Positions 17,067 to 17,985 of a DNA stretch of 17,985 nt are shown piece after piece. Numbering within the stretch: the stretch's first letter is position 1; each line of letters starts with the position of its first letter. The notes below the pieces were generated by a model. That model made no database searches. It was not told the origin of the DNA and worked only from the letters and a program-made list of their open reading frames with translations. Made by a program: the position numbers and the translations under genes. The stretch is from Fonticula alba ATCC 38817 (lineage: Eukaryota; Protista; Nucleariida), in the NCBI GenBank assembly GCA_000388065.2, contig KB932207.1; one strand, written 5' to 3'.

Positions 17067-17552
17067 ATGGGAGGCGCGCTCGAGGCCATCGCGCGTGCCC
17101 TGGCGACGCTCGATGCCATGTCCGTGTCCCCCTCTACCCCGGCCCCCGGGTCCGTGGAGCTCGGCTGCCCCGATGGCCTCGAGGTATTGCCCGGCGCCAG
17201 GGCACGGGCGGCACGGTCGTCGGCCCGGGGCCGAGACGATGCCCGGCCAGGCGCCGGCGCCGGCACCCCCCGAGAGCGCGCCCTCGCGGGCTTCGGCACC
17301 GGGGGCGCCGGAACTGCACTCGACCCGATGCGAGCAGACCAACGGCAAACCCCCTCCCTCGCTGGTCCGGGTGCCGGGGCCGGAGGGCTGCAGCCCGGCC
17401 GCCAGCCCCTCGCGGCCTGGGCCTCGACCGTGGACGCAAGACGGCGAGGCTCCCCGGCTGCGCCCGGGGCCCGCATGGCCAGCAGCAGGTCATGGTTAAC
17501 ACTGGGGCCCGGTCTCGAGGAAAATATCTCCGCCGCCGGGCCCGGCCGATGA
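17067..17552 (+). CDS. Possible hypothetical protein or terminal exon (161 aa from MGGALEAIARALATLDAM)
   Basis: The first ~40 codons have strongly G/C third positions, and the overlapping minus frame looks like a Ser/Met-rich shadow. No recognisable domain. Confidence 0.28.
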   Translation: MGGALEAIARALATLDAMSVSPSTPAPGSVELGCPDGLEVLPGARARAARSSARGRDDARPGAGAGTPRERALAGFGTGGAGTALDPMRADQRQTPSLAGPGAGAGGLQPGRQPLAAWASTVDARRRGSPAAPGARMASSRSWLTLGPGLEENISAAGPGR

Positions 17553-17644
17553 GTGGCCCTCTAGCCGGCCAGGACTCACGCCCGGCGCATGGTGCTTCGC
17601 GCCCATCCCACAAGGGGCGGGCGGGCCCGGAGGCGTCCGTCCAC

Positions 17645-17985
17645 CGTCCGCGGGGGAGGGCGGGGGGGGGCCGAGGGAAAACGGCCCGCAATTCGCGGGG
17701 TGAGCCCAGGAAAACGGGGTCAGAACAAACACACCCACTCCCACAGGTGCGCGACGGGGGGGCCGCTTCATTTGCGCACCCATTCGCACCTTCGCCAGGT
17801 GGGGGGGGGAGATCGGAAGAGCACACGTCCGCGGGGGAGGGCGGGGGGGGGCCGAGGGAAAACGGCCCGCAATTCGCGGGGTGAGCCCAGGAAAACGGGG
17901 TCAGAACAAACACACCCACTCCCACAGGTGCGCGACGGGGGGGCCGCTTCATTTGCGCACCCATTCGCACCTTCGCCAGGTGGGG
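17645..17985. repeat. 160-bp direct duplication (17645-17804 / 17826-17985) around an adapter; artefactual
   Basis: The two copies match at an offset of 181 nt and are separated by GGGGGAGATCGGAAGAGCACA. Confidence 0.9.
17810..17829 (+). other. Illumina TruSeq adapter fragment (contamination)
   Basis: AGATCGGAAGAGCACACGTC is an exact 20-nt match to the start of the TruSeq adapter AGATCGGAAGAGCACACGTCTGAACTCCAGTCA. Confidence 0.97.

Noticed and set aside
15044-17884. 946-aa plus-strand ORF
   Set aside because: It runs through 181 Ns and into the adapter artefact, overlaps the giant gene in antisense register, and has no recognisable domain.
17645-17985. 160-bp direct repeats as LTRs or a satellite
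   Set aside because: The spacer is a sequencing adapter.

Overview
GC-rich eukaryotic genomic DNA with spliceosomal introns (donor GTGCGT/A, branch CTRAC, acceptor YAG), long G/C homopolymers, two N-gaps and an embedded Illumina adapter. The style resembles a GC-rich protist such as Fonticula alba, but that is only a guess. Three genes are supported. (1) The 3' part of a MANF/ARMET-family ER protein (+, 2..373, ends KTEL). (2) A complete six-exon VMS1/ANKZF1 gene (-, 4160..684; 835 aa reconstructed by hand with consistent intron phases) carrying a C2H2 finger, a VLRF1 GGSQ domain, an ankyrin repeat and a VIM-like motif. (3) An uninterrupted 3102-codon ORF (-, 15262..5954) that reads as a bacterial-type heparinase II/III (PL12-like) fold, greatly expanded by insertions and followed by an Fn3-associated (CHB_HEX_C_1) domain and a split PA14 domain. 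By manual alignment the lyase catalytic Tyr and His positions are substituted. This giant putative pseudo-lyase is the most interesting object. The last ~340 bp is an assembly artefact: a 160-bp duplication around a TruSeq adapter. All domain calls come from motif recognition by eye; no database search was run.
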